A program made the translations under genes and the position numbers. The notes below the pieces were generated by a model. The model was not told the origin of the DNA. It did no database searches and saw nothing but the letters and a program-made list of their open reading frames with translations. Positions 26,950 to 37,394 of a DNA stretch of 64,000 nucleotides are shown in pieces. Source of the DNA: an uncultured cyanobacterium (GTDB lineage Bacteria; Cyanobacteriota; Cyanobacteriia; Cyanobacteriales; CAWCAG01); assembly GCA_963793425.1 (NCBI GenBank), contig CAWCAG010000007.1, positions 416,001-480,000 of the forward strand. The letters are read 5' to 3'. The stretch's first letter is position 1, and every line of letters begins with the position of its first letter.

Positions 26950-29580
26950 TTGAGCGAGAAACAAAAAATCAAACTGATTACTTATTGCTTATTGCTTATT
27001 ACTTCTTCAGTCTCTGTTTTGCGTGTAGCAAATGCTCAAACTTTGCCTAGTGATGATGTTACCCCAGTAGTGAATGGAGAACAACAGGAATTTGTAATTA
27101 TCCCTGTAGGCATTAATCTCGGTAAACGCAACGTGCTTCCTAGTGCCTTGATAAGGGGCTTAGAAGATGGTACTCAAGCTATTAATTTTGCGAATTGGTT
27201 AATTCCTTTTGATACCGTTGTCGAAAGTTTGCGCCTCGATATTACTTCTCTCGAAGATGGACAATTGGAAGTGCGATCGCCGGGTTTGGTTACTCGAATT
27301 AATCCTGATGAGTTGCAAACTGACCCTGAATTGGGTTTAGTTCTTTCTGTAGAAGAGATAATTACCCTTTTAAATGTACCAACTAAGTTTGATCTTAATG
27401 AGTATGCCATCGCCTTCAATCCTCCCTGGTTAAATGCAAGGGGTCAAGCTAAGTCTCCAGGGAAGTTGCCTGTGATTTTATCAGGATTACCACTGTTGGA
27501 GGCAGAAAGTTTTACTTTCACTAATTTAGGGCAGAGGGTTAATCTTACCAACAATGATGATGGTGGGATTAATTCTCAAGGAGAGTTGACTGCCTTGGGG
27601 ACTGTGGCGGGGAGTAGTTGGTTTGTGAAGCTTAACCAAAGTGATTTAAGGGATGGCCGGAGTTGGCGTATTGGTGAGGTACAACTTTTGCGGCAAACTC
27701 CCACAGCAGATTATGTGTTGGGTTCACAACCGACTTTTTGGCGTAGTCAGGAAGGAGGGGAATATTGGGGACTAACAACTATTCAACGTTGGGGGTTCAC
27801 GCCTGCGGTAGCTTTCAAGGGCGGAGGATTTAGCCCTAGCCAACGGTTGCAAGCAACTCAAGTAGGGCGTACTATTGTAGGAGAGGCGGAACCAGGAACT
27901 TTGGTACAGTTAACCACTGGGTTCGCAACTAGTGTGGTGGCAGAAGTGCTGGTAGATTCTTCTGGGGTTTATCGCTTTGAAGATATACCAGCTAAAAGGG
28001 CTACCTATCGGATCTTGCTTTTTGCCAATGGGCAGTTAACCGATGAACCAGAAATTCAGGAAGCAAATTTTTCTACCTTACCGACTCAATTACCCGCAGG
28101 GGCATCGGCTTTAACGGTTTCTGGGGGAGGAAGACGGGAATTTAGGGGAGAAAATGAGCTGTGGGGCAGTTTTACAGATTGGCGTGGTGGTGTTGCCTAT
28201 CGTCGCGGGATGACAGAAGATTTAACTTTGGGTTTAGGTTTAGTTTATGATCACCAATGGTTAGGGTTAGGGGAATTCTTTTATCAACCCCAGAAACTAC
28301 CTTTACAAGCAACAGTGTCGGCTTTAGTTGATGTCGAAGAAGGAGATGGCGACATTAATGCTAACTTGCGTTTCCAACCAAGTAGGAATTTCAGCTTAAA
28401 TCTCGATAGCGATCGCCTCTCCAATCGTTTCAACCTCAACTGGCAAATCTTTCCTGGTTTAACTTTAACTGGCAATGGCAATAGTCGTGATGCCACTTTA
28501 GCCGGAGGATTAAGAGTTGCCCATAGCAGTCGCTACTTTTCTCTTTTTGCCACCGCCAGTCTGGATATAGACAATAATTTGCGTTGGAGTTTGAACCAAA
28601 GACTGGGCAATTTGCGTTTAACGCACCAAGGTAATGAAATCACCAATATTTCCGAACTCACCTACGGGCTATCAGGGACTAATTCTTTACTTTCAGGACA
28701 TAGTTTGTTTATAGGTTATGATAGTCGCAACCTCAACCAGATTAACAACAACCTTCTCTCTCTTGGTTGGCGCTATCGTTCTACTTCTCTTACCGTAGAA
28801 GGGAGAAATCTTTGGGAATTTGACTTGGGCTATGGTTGGAGTAATGAAGGTAGGGGGATTATTGCTTCTGTGGGGGCGGCTTTACCAGGATTATCTTTAA
28901 GGTTGCGTTACCAAGAAGTTTCTGTTAGCGATAATTCCCCCAGTTTTCGTATTGAGTTGCTACCTAGTTTTAACCTCCAAAGAGGAGAAGTATTACCTGG
29001 AGAACAAGATTTTGAACGACTACGAAGTCAGGGAGGATTATGGATTCAACCTTTTTTTGATCGTAACAACAATGGTATTAGGGATGGGGGAGAGAAACTC
29101 TATTTAGAAGCACCGGAATTATTATTGATCCTTAATAATCAATCCCTTCAATTTTGGCGTAATGCTGTGTATGCCCACGGCATTTTTGTTTTTTTGCCCC
29201 CTGGTATCTATCGTCTTGATTTAGATGTAGCCGGGTTTCCTTTAGATTGGCAAGGGGCAGCCAAAGCTTATGCTACAGAGGTGATAAGTGGTAGTTATAC
29301 CCCGGTGTTAGTTCCTCTACATCTTGCCTATACTGTGACAGGAGTAGTGACGGATCTTGCTGGTAATACTGTGGGTGGTGCTAGGATTGAAGCTATTCCC
29401 CAAGCTGGGGGGCAAAGGATTTTTTCGATTACTAATGATGCAGGAGTTTTTTATTTAGAAGGTTTGCCACAAGGTAAGTATGATTTACTTATCAATGAAC
29501 AACCAGCCCAGCCTGGGTTTCTAGAGTTTGAGGAAAAATCAGAACCTTTTCAAGAGTTGAACTTGATTAATAGCAATTGA
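26950..29580 (+). CDS. Usher-like outer-membrane protein with carboxypeptidase-regulatory-like Ig domains
   Basis: Signal peptide; many amphipathic beta strands with aromatic ends; YRRGMTEDLTLG usher-like motif; internal GEAEPGTLV..DSSGVYRF Ig domain; C-terminal FFDRNNNG.RD and VTGVVTD..G..TNDAGVFYLEGL domains. Follows the chaperone. Confidence 0.7.
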   Translation: MSEKQKIKLITYCLLLITSSVSVLRVANAQTLPSDDVTPVVNGEQQEFVIIPVGINLGKRNVLPSALIRGLEDGTQAINFANWLIPFDTVVESLRLDITSLEDGQLEVRSPGLVTRINPDELQTDPELGLVLSVEEIITLLNVPTKFDLNEYAIAFNPPWLNARGQAKSPGKLPVILSGLPLLEAESFTFTNLGQRVNLTNNDDGGINSQGELTALGTVAGSSWFVKLNQSDLRDGRSWRIGEVQLLRQTPTADYVLGSQPTFWRSQEGGEYWGLTTIQRWGFTPAVAFKGGGFSPSQRLQATQVGRTIVGEAEPGTLVQLTTGFATSVVAEVLVDSSGVYRFEDIPAKRATYRILLFANGQLTDEPEIQEANFSTLPTQLPAGASALTVSGGGRREFRGENELWGSFTDWRGGVAYRRGMTEDLTLGLGLVYDHQWLGLGEFFYQPQKLPLQATVSALVDVEEGDGDINANLRFQPSRNFSLNLDSDRLSNRFNLNWQIFPGLTLTGNGNSRDATLAGGLRVAHSSRYFSLFATASLDIDNNLRWSLNQRLGNLRLTHQGNEITNISELTYGLSGTNSLLSGHSLFIGYDSRNLNQINNNLLSLGWRYRSTSLTVEGRNLWEFDLGYGWSNEGRGIIASVGAALPGLSLRLRYQEVSVSDNSPSFRIELLPSFNLQRGEVLPGEQDFERLRSQGGLWIQPFFDRNNNGIRDGGEKLYLEAPELLLILNNQSLQFWRNAVYAHGIFVFLPPGIYRLDLDVAGFPLDWQGAAKAYATEVISGSYTPVLVPLHLAYTVTGVVTDLAGNTVGGARIEAIPQAGGQRIFSITNDAGVFYLEGLPQGKYDLLINEQPAQPGFLEFEEKSEPFQELNLINSN

Positions 29581-29597
29581 GCAATGAGTTGAAAGTC

Positions 29598-29627
29598 TTG
29601 CCTTTCTCTTCCTTAAAGTGATATTAT
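29598..29627 (+). promoter_or_regulatory. Putative sigma70-type promoter of metH
   Basis: TTGCCT-18 nt-TATTAT with an extended -10 TG. Confidence 0.45.
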
Positions 29628-29795
29628 GTATATGGTAGAACAGGTGCGCTCTTAAAAGCCGTTCTCCAAAGTATTTTTGCTCTTCTTTCGGTAACTCCTC
29701 TTGTAGCGTCTCTATAAAGAGAAAGCTAAACTAATAATTGGTAAACTTTAGCCTACTGTAACTATCAGCCTGTTCCCCAAATCAAAGAAACATCA

Positions 29796-32700
29796 ATGAA
29801 AAGTGCATTCCTCAACCACCTTAATAGCCCCAAACTGCCGGTAATTGTCTTTGATGGGGCGATGGGAACTTCCCTACAAACCCAAAACCTCACCGCAGCA
29901 GATTTTGGTGGGGCGGAATATGAAGGTTGCAATGAGTATTTGGTGCATACGAAACCCGAAGCAGTGAAAAAGGTGCATCGCGGTTTCTTGGAGGTGGGTA
30001 CAGATGTAATTGAAACGGATACCTTTGGTGCTACTTCTGTGGTTTTGGCAGAGTATGACTTAGGTGACCAAGCTTATTACTTGAATAAACGGGCAGCAGA
30101 ATTAGCAAAGGAAGTAGCCACAGAATACTCAACCCCAGAAAAACCTCGCTTTGTGGCCGGTTCTATAGGACCAGGGACTAAATTACCCACCTTGGGACAT
30201 ATTGATTTTGATACCCTCAAAGATGCTTATGTAGAACAGGTTGAGGGGTTATATGATGGCGGGGTTGATTTGTTGTTGGTGGAGACTTGTCAGGATGTGT
30301 TGCAAATTAAAGCTGCTTTAAATGCTATTGAAGAAGTGTTCGTTAAAAAAAAGGAACGCTTACCTATTATGGTTTCTATCACAATGGAACAGAAGGGGAC
30401 AATGTTAGTTGGTTCAGAAATTAGTGCCGCATTAGCTATTCTTGAACCCTATAAGATTAATATTCTCGGTCTAAATTGTGCAACGGGACCGGATTTAATG
30501 AAGGAACATATTAAATATTTATCGGAACATTCTCCTTTTGTTGTTTCCTGCATTCCCAATGCTGGTTTGCCAGAAAATGTTGGAGGGGAAGCACATTATC
30601 GCTTAACACCAATGGAATTGCGTATGTCTTTGATGCACTTTGTCGAAGATTTGGGAGTGCAAATTATTGGTGGTTGTTGTGGCACTCGTCCAGATCATAT
30701 CCAACAATTGGCAGAAGTGGCTAAGGAGTTAACCCCAAAAGTAAGGCAGCCCCAATATGAATCTGCAGCAGCTTCTATTTATAGTACCCAAACGTTACCA
30801 ACAGGAAAACTCTTTCTTAATTGTGGGGGAAAGATTAAATGCCAGTGGTTCAAAGAAATGTCGCACTCTTTTAAATAATGAAGACTGGGACGGTTTAATT
30901 TCTTTGGCAAAGTCTCAAGTTAAGGAAGGGGCGCAAATTCTGGATGTGAACGTTGATTATGTGGGTAGGGATGGGGTGCAGGATATGCACGAGTTGGTAT
31001 CCCGTTTGGTTAACAATGTTAATTTGCCTCTGATGTTGGATTCTACGGAATGGGAGAAAATGGAAGCGGGGTTAAAGGTTGCTGGGGGTAAATGTATCCT
31101 CAACTCCACCAACTATGAAGACGGGGAAGAGAGGTTTTATCAGGTTTTAGAATTAGGGAAAAAGTACGGTGCAGGTATTGTAGTGGGAACCATTGATGAA
31201 GAGGGAATGGGGCGTACTGCTGATAAGAAGTTTGCTATTGCTAAACGTGCTTATAATGCTGCCATAGAGTATGGCATTCCCCCCCAAGAAATCTTTTTTG
31301 ATCCTTTAGCTTTACCGGCTTCTACGGGTATTGAAGAAGATCGAGAAAATGCTAAAGCAACGGTGGAAGCAATTAAACGTATTAGGGAAGAGTTGCCCGG
31401 TTGCCATATAATTTTGGGAGTTTCTAATGTTTCTTTTGGTTTGAATCCTGCTGCTCGTCAGGTATTGAATTCTGTGTTTTTGCATGAAGCTATGGCGGTG
31501 GGTTTAGATGCAGCTATTGTTAGTGCGAGTAAGATTTTACCTCTAGCGAAAATTGAAGCAGAACATCAACAAATTTCTCAAGATTTAATCAGTGATCGCC
31601 GTCAGTTTGAGGGGGATATTTGTACCTATGATCCCTTAATGAAATTAACAGAATTATTCCAAGGCAAAACCACGAAACGCGAACAAAAGGTAGATGAGAA
31701 TTTACCAGTGGAAGAGAGGTTAAAAAATCATATTATTGATGGGGAAAGAATTGGTTTAGAAGAACAATTGGAAAAAGCCTTAACTCAGTATCCTCCTTTG
31801 CAGATCATTAATACTTTCCTGCTTGATGGCATGAAAGTTGTAGGAGAATTATTTGGTTCGGGGCAAATGCAATTACCTTTTGTACTTCAATCTGCCCAAA
31901 CTATGAAAGCAGCGGTGGCATATTTAGAAACCTATATGGACAAGGATGAAAGTAGTAGTAATGCTAAAGGGACAGTGGTTATTGCTACGGTGAAAGGAGA
32001 TGTTCACGATATTGGTAAAAACCTGGTTGATATTATCCTTTCTAACAATGGTTATAAGGTGGTTAATTTAGGGATTAAACAACCTGTGGATAATATTATT
32101 CAGGCATATGAAGAACATCAGGCTGATTGTATTGCTATGAGTGGTTTGTTGGTTAAGTCCACAGCGTTTATGAAAGATAACTTAGCCACTTTTAACGAAA
32201 AAGGTATTAATGTCCCGGTTATTTTAGGGGGTGCAGCTTTAACCCCTAAATTTGTTTATGGAGACTGTCAGGACACTTATCAAGGGAAGGTTATTTACGG
32301 AAAAGATGCTTTTGCTGATTTACACTTTATGGAAAAATTAATGCCTGCTAAAGCTGCTAATAACTGGCATGATTTACAAGGCTTTTTAGATGAAGTAACC
32401 GAAGAAAGTAAGGCAGTAAGTAATGGTAAAGCTAAAGTTAAAAAAGAAAAGCTTAAAGTTGAACCCCAACCCATAGATACCCGTCGTTCTGAAGCTGTAA
32501 CCTTAGATTTAGAACGTCCTCAGCCACCATTTTGGGGTACAAAAATATTAACCCCGGAAGATATTCCTTTAGAAGAATTATTTTGGTATTTAGACTTACA
32601 AGCTTTAATCGCCGGGCAATGGCAATTCCGCAAACCTCGTAACCAATCCAGGGAAGAATACGATACTTTCTTAGCTGAGAAAGTTTACCCAATATTATCT

Positions 32701-33318
32701 AAATGGAAAGAAAAAGTATTAGCTGAAAATCTCTTACATCCTACAGTAGTTTATGGTTACTTCCCTTGCCAAGCCGAAGGTAATTCTCTTTATCTTTATG
32801 ACACCAAAAATCAAGATAAACAAGTAGCCAAGTTTGACTTTCCTCGGCAAAAATCGGGCCGTCGTCTTTGCATTGCTGACTTCTTCGCCTCCAAAGAATC
32901 TGGCATTATGGATGTATTCCCCATGCAAGCCGTCACTGTCGGGGAGATTGCCACAGAATACGCCAAAAAACTCTTTGTTGCTGATGACTACACCAACTAC
33001 CTTTATTATCATGGTTTAGCAGTTCAAGTAGCAGAAGCCCTAGCAGAATGGACTCACGCCCGTATTCGCCTTGAGTTGGGCTACGCAGATCAAGAACCCG
33101 ATAACGTGCGAGATGTCCTCGCCCAACGTCATCAAGGTTCCCGTTTCAGCTTCGGTTATCCTGCTTGTCCTAATATTCCCGATCAATACAAACAAATAGA
33201 GTTGCTGGGTTGCGATCGCATTAATTTATATATGGATGAAAGCGAACAATTATACCCAGAACAATCTACAACCGCTTTTATTACTTATCATCCCGTTTCC
33301 AAGTATTTTAGTGCTTAA
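29796..33318 (+). CDS. metH: Cobalamin-dependent methionine synthase (apparent +1 frameshift at ~30790)
   Basis: FDGAMGT, GLNC, GGCCG (Hcy domain); GERLNASGS (pterin domain); DVHDIGKN (cobalamin); [10 protein letters not shown]. Removing one A from CAAACGT joins the two ORFs as [13 protein letters not shown]. Confidence 0.93.
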
Positions 33319-33438
33319 AGAACAAGCAACAGGACTTCAAGTTGGTAATCTTTCGTTGCTGTTTAGATATAGAAGTACCATCAATCAATCATTATTCAAT
33401 TTCAATTGTTGAAATAAAGTATCCTACTACTTACTCTC

Positions 33439-33915
33439 ATGTTTAACACTATTGTCGTAGCTACAGAAAACTCAGAAACAGACAATCTTGTCTTTGAAAA
33501 AGCACTTTCCCTGGCTCAGATGGTGGGGGCGAAATTAATTATGCTTCATGTTCTTTCTGAAGAAGAAGAAGAAGCCCCGATGCCGATTCCTAGTAATTTG
33601 CAAGAGCTTTATCCAGCAGTGGGGAATGATAAAACCCTGAATATATGGCGAGAAGAATGGGAAGAGTTTAAAAAACAAGGTATTGAACTTCTGCGATCGC
33701 GACAAAAAAAAGCTCTTCAAGTCGGAGTAAGGGCAGATTATCACCAAGTTACAGGTAGTCCGGGTAAAACTATTTGTGACTTAGCTGGGGAAGAAGAAGC
33801 TGATTTAATTGTGGTAGGACATCGAGGACGTAGTGGTTTAACAGAGATGATTTTAGGTAGTGTCAGCAGTTATGTTTTGCACCACGCTTCTTGTTCAGTA
33901 CTGATGGTACAGTGA
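33439..33915 (+). CDS. Universal stress protein
   Basis: GSPGKTIC, ADLIVVGHRGRSGL..MILGSVSSYVLHHA.CSV. Confidence 0.93.
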   Translation: MFNTIVVATENSETDNLVFEKALSLAQMVGAKLIMLHVLSEEEEEAPMPIPSNLQELYPAVGNDKTLNIWREEWEEFKKQGIELLRSRQKKALQVGVRADYHQVTGSPGKTICDLAGEEEADLIVVGHRGRSGLTEMILGSVSSYVLHHASCSVLMVQ

Positions 33916-34076
33916 GTTTTGAAAATAATCCTCTCCCCATCTCCCCAATTCCCCAAAACCTATGCCTTTAGTTATAAAAACATTCTTCTTTAGATTACTT
34001 CATAAAACAGATGTATTGAACTGGTCAAATCTGTTGTAATGACAGAGAACATTCAGAAACAATATAAATAAACATA

Positions 34077-34619
34077 ATGCCTGAGATAAATATCGGTCTT
34101 ACTAAAGAACAACGCCACGGAGTTATCGAACTCCTGAATCGTGACTTAGCCAACTTGTACTTGCTGTTAATCAAAACCAAAAAGTACCACTGGGACGTGG
34201 TTGGGCCACAATTCCGTAGCTTACATGAACTTTGGCAAGAACATTACGAAGCTTTAACCATCAGCATTGATGAAACCGCCGAAAGAGTGAGAAAATTAGG
34301 GGGCTATCCCATCGGTACGGCTGAAGACTTTGTTAAGTATAGTTCCATTAAAGAACATCCTAATGATCTTCCTTCTGCCACAGAAATGGTGGCCCGATTG
34401 GTTAATGATCATGAACAAGTTATCCGTGATTTAAGGGGACATATTGACCAATGTGGTGATGAGTTCCATGATGAAGGAACCGCTGATTTCTTGACTGGAA
34501 TGATGGAAGCACACGAAGAGATGGCATGGATGCTGCGTTCTTTCATTGAAGGACAAGCACTAGATCCTAGCGGTGAGCGCCCCGGAGCGAATATGAAATC
34601 TCCTGTAGGTGCTAAGTAA
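34077..34619 (+). CDS. dps: Dps family DNA-binding ferritin-like protein
   Basis: KYHWDVVGPQFRSLHEL, DETAER, HEEMAWML. Confidence 0.93.
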   Translation: MPEINIGLTKEQRHGVIELLNRDLANLYLLLIKTKKYHWDVVGPQFRSLHELWQEHYEALTISIDETAERVRKLGGYPIGTAEDFVKYSSIKEHPNDLPSATEMVARLVNDHEQVIRDLRGHIDQCGDEFHDEGTADFLTGMMEAHEEMAWMLRSFIEGQALDPSGERPGANMKSPVGAK

Positions 34620-34646
34620 TCTTTAAAGAAAGATCAAAATGCAATG

Positions 34647-34685
34647 AGGAGATTTCTTGATTGAATGATCAGAAATCTCCTTTTC
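34647..34685 (+). terminator. Terminator after dps
   Basis: AGGAGATTTCT...AGAAATCTCCT followed by TTT. Confidence 0.75.
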
Positions 34686-34739
34686 TTAATAATCAAAGGT
34701 TTATGTTGAAAAAAAATAAAAAGCAAAAAACTTATTACT

Positions 34740-34931
34740 ATGAATTACAAACTTTGGGACAAACTAATTAATTTCCTGCAAGACGAACTAGCTATTGGTA
34801 AAGCAGAAATCGAGGTGGCCTCACGCTACGGAGAACAAACCACTGATTCTTTACCGATGAGTCTGTGGCAATATGGGTTAGTTAGCTTAGAACAATTAGA
34901 TAAGATTTTCGATTGGTTAGAAACAGCGTAA
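34740..34931 (+). CDS. DUF2949 family small protein
   Basis: LI.FLQ.EL, LPM.LWQYGLVSLEQL.KIFDWL. Confidence 0.85.
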   Translation: MNYKLWDKLINFLQDELAIGKAEIEVASRYGEQTTDSLPMSLWQYGLVSLEQLDKIFDWLETA

Positions 34932-34943
34932 AATCATTCATCA

Positions 34944-36044
34944 TTAGTTAGCCAAATTAGATTCGCTGCTATCTTGAGGAGTTGCTAGTAATGGTAAATC
35001 GACAGTAAAAGTAGTTCCTTCACTAAGCTGAGATTCTACTGTAATGTTGCCTTGGTGAGTTTCAATGATTTGCTGACATAAATGTAAGCCTAAACCATGG
35101 CCAGAACGTTTATGAGCGCCTTGACGAAAACGCTCAAAAATGCTTTCTTGATCTTCAGAAGTAATACCAATACCTGTATCCTTAACAGCAATAGTGATTT
35201 TTTGGGGAAGCTTCTTCACAATTACTTGGACGCAACCTTCATCAGTAAACTTAAGCCCGTTACTAATTAAGTTAGTAAATACTCGACGCATTTCTAAACG
35301 ATCGCCACTAATTTCTAGTTGCTCTTCAGGTAAATTCAACTGAATGGTTAAATCCCTTTCCTGTGCTAAAGGGTTCAACTCTTCTACAACCTCTTTTAAT
35401 AATTCCTGCAAATCAAAATTAATAAAACTAAGAACTTTTTGTCCTGTTTCATAACAATGTACTTCTAGTAAATTATTCAACATTTGTAGCAGGTTGTGGT
35501 TGCTGCTGATAATACTAGAAATTGCCCGGTGCATATTAGTGGGAATATCCCCATAAATGCCCTTTTGAATTAACTCTAACATCCGATCCACCGCCACCAA
35601 AGGAGTGCGTAAATCATGGGTCAGGCAAGAAATGAAGTTTTCCCTAGCATCAATACTATGTTTGAGGCGAAGTAGTGATCGCACCCTAGCTTGTAATTCG
35701 TCAATTTTAACAGGTTTGCGAATAAATTCATCTGCCCCTAGATCCAAACCTTCAACCACACTAGATTGCTGGTGTGCCGTGATTAACAGAATAGGAATAA
35801 AGGGTAAATTAGGATTTTGACGAATCTTTTCGGTTACTTCATAACCGCTCATTCCTGGCATCATCACATCAAGAATCACCAACTCTGGGGGGTAATGCTC
35901 AATTTGTGCCAAAGCAGTTAACCCATCATGTGCCAGCACAAGCTTATGCCCCTCTTTTTCTAGGGCTAACTGAATTAAAAAAAGGTTATCAGGGGTGTCA
36001 TCAACGGCTAAGATATAGTTTTTAGAAATTTGGGAAACAGACAT
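34944..36044 (-). CDS. Hybrid receiver-histidine kinase
   Basis: N-terminal REC (VDD, LDVMMP, KP), H-box THDLRTP, N/G1/G2 boxes. Confidence 0.92.
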   Translation of the reverse strand: MSVSQISKNYILAVDDTPDNLFLIQLALEKEGHKLVLAHDGLTALAQIEHYPPELVILDVMMPGMSGYEVTEKIRQNPNLPFIPILLITAHQQSSVVEGLDLGADEFIRKPVKIDELQARVRSLLRLKHSIDARENFISCLTHDLRTPLVAVDRMLELIQKGIYGDIPTNMHRAISSIISSNHNLLQMLNNLLEVHCYETGQKVLSFINFDLQELLKEVVEELNPLAQERDLTIQLNLPEEQLEISGDRLEMRRVFTNLISNGLKFTDEGCVQVIVKKLPQKITIAVKDTGIGITSEDQESIFERFRQGAHKRSGHGLGLHLCQQIIETHQGNITVESQLSEGTTFTVDLPLLATPQDSSESNLAN

Positions 36045-36093
36045 AAAAATAAAGAGATTTTAAAGTAGTTATAATATAAAAAGGAATTTTTGC

Positions 36094-37296
36094 TCATTCA
36101 ACTCGACGCGGCAACTCAACCTGAAAAAGTGAACCTTTACCTAACTCACTTTCAACCCGAATTTGACCCTTCATCATTCTTACTAACGAATCTGCGATCG
36201 CCAGCCCCAATCCAGTGCCAGAGTGTTTGCGGGTAAGGACTTGATCCACTTGCCGAAAGGCCTCAAAAATGATTTTAATATTTTCAGGAGAGATCCCCAC
36301 TCCAGTATCTTCAACCGCGATCGCCACTTGATCTTCTTTTGGCTCCCAAACTTTGACCCAAACTTGACCCGCTTTAGTAAATTTAATCGCGTTAGAAAGT
36401 AAGTTAATAAGTATGCGCCGCAAACAACCTCTGTCGGCATAAACAAGAGGATTTTTCAAATCTGTTTTCACTTGCAAAATAAGTTCCTTGCCCAACGCTA
36501 AAGAACGAATTTCCTCTGTGGTTACCTGGACTAACTCCATTAAATCAAAGCTTTCTAACTTAAGCTCTAAATGCCCAGCTTCAATTTTAGAAAAGTCCAA
36601 TAACTCATCAATTAGCAGTAAAAGATTTTGACCATTGTTGAAGATACGCTCAATCATATCCTGCTGTTGCTCATCTAACGAGCCATGGCTTTGGAGCAAC
36701 AACATCTGGGAAAATCCCATAACAGCATTCATGGGGGTACGCAACTCGTGGGACATGGTAGCCAAAAATTGAGACTTGAGGTGAGAAGCTTCCTGTAGCT
36801 TTTGATTTTGCAATTCAATTTGCCGACGTTGCTGTTCTAATTTTTGGTTTTTACGAGTTAATAATTCATTACTCTCCCGAAGCTTCCGATTAGCTAGAGA
36901 AGCCCTCATTTCGGCTCGATGAACTCGCAGAGCATTACTTAAACGCTGCCAGAGATTTTCAGGAGAAACATGAGACTTAGATAAATAATCCGATGCTCCA
37001 GCTTTCATTAACTCTACGGCAATATGCTCATCCCCTTGCCCTGTAAGAACAATCAAAGGTACTTTAACACCTAGCGATCGCACATCCTTAACTAGCTCTA
37101 GTCCATCTTGGTCGGGTAAACCATAGTCGAGAAAAATACAATCAAAAGATTGGTGTTTTAAGCGAGTAATTGCCCCAGTGCAGTCAGAAGCTTCAGTAAA
37201 TTCCATATTCACTCCTACCTTGGTAAGTGCGCGGCGTACAGCCATCCTGTCTATTTCGTCATCATCTACAACCAAAATGTTTAATGTGTTTTCCAT
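36094..37296 (-). CDS. Hybrid receiver-histidine kinase
   Basis: REC (VDDD, LDYGLP), coiled coil, SHELRTP, NAIKFT, DTGVGI, GTGLGL. Confidence 0.92.
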   Translation of the reverse strand: MENTLNILVVDDDEIDRMAVRRALTKVGVNMEFTEASDCTGAITRLKHQSFDCIFLDYGLPDQDGLELVKDVRSLGVKVPLIVLTGQGDEHIAVELMKAGASDYLSKSHVSPENLWQRLSNALRVHRAEMRASLANRKLRESNELLTRKNQKLEQQRRQIELQNQKLQEASHLKSQFLATMSHELRTPMNAVMGFSQMLLLQSHGSLDEQQQDMIERIFNNGQNLLLLIDELLDFSKIEAGHLELKLESFDLMELVQVTTEEIRSLALGKELILQVKTDLKNPLVYADRGCLRRILINLLSNAIKFTKAGQVWVKVWEPKEDQVAIAVEDTGVGISPENIKIIFEAFRQVDQVLTRKHSGTGLGLAIADSLVRMMKGQIRVESELGKGSLFQVELPRRVE

Positions 37297-37394
37297 AGGA
37301 GTCAAATTTCAGTTTTATGACTGAGGGAAATAGGAGAAAGAAACCAGTTATTTATAAACTTTTTTGTCTACTCTATTACCTGAGCCTATTGTCA

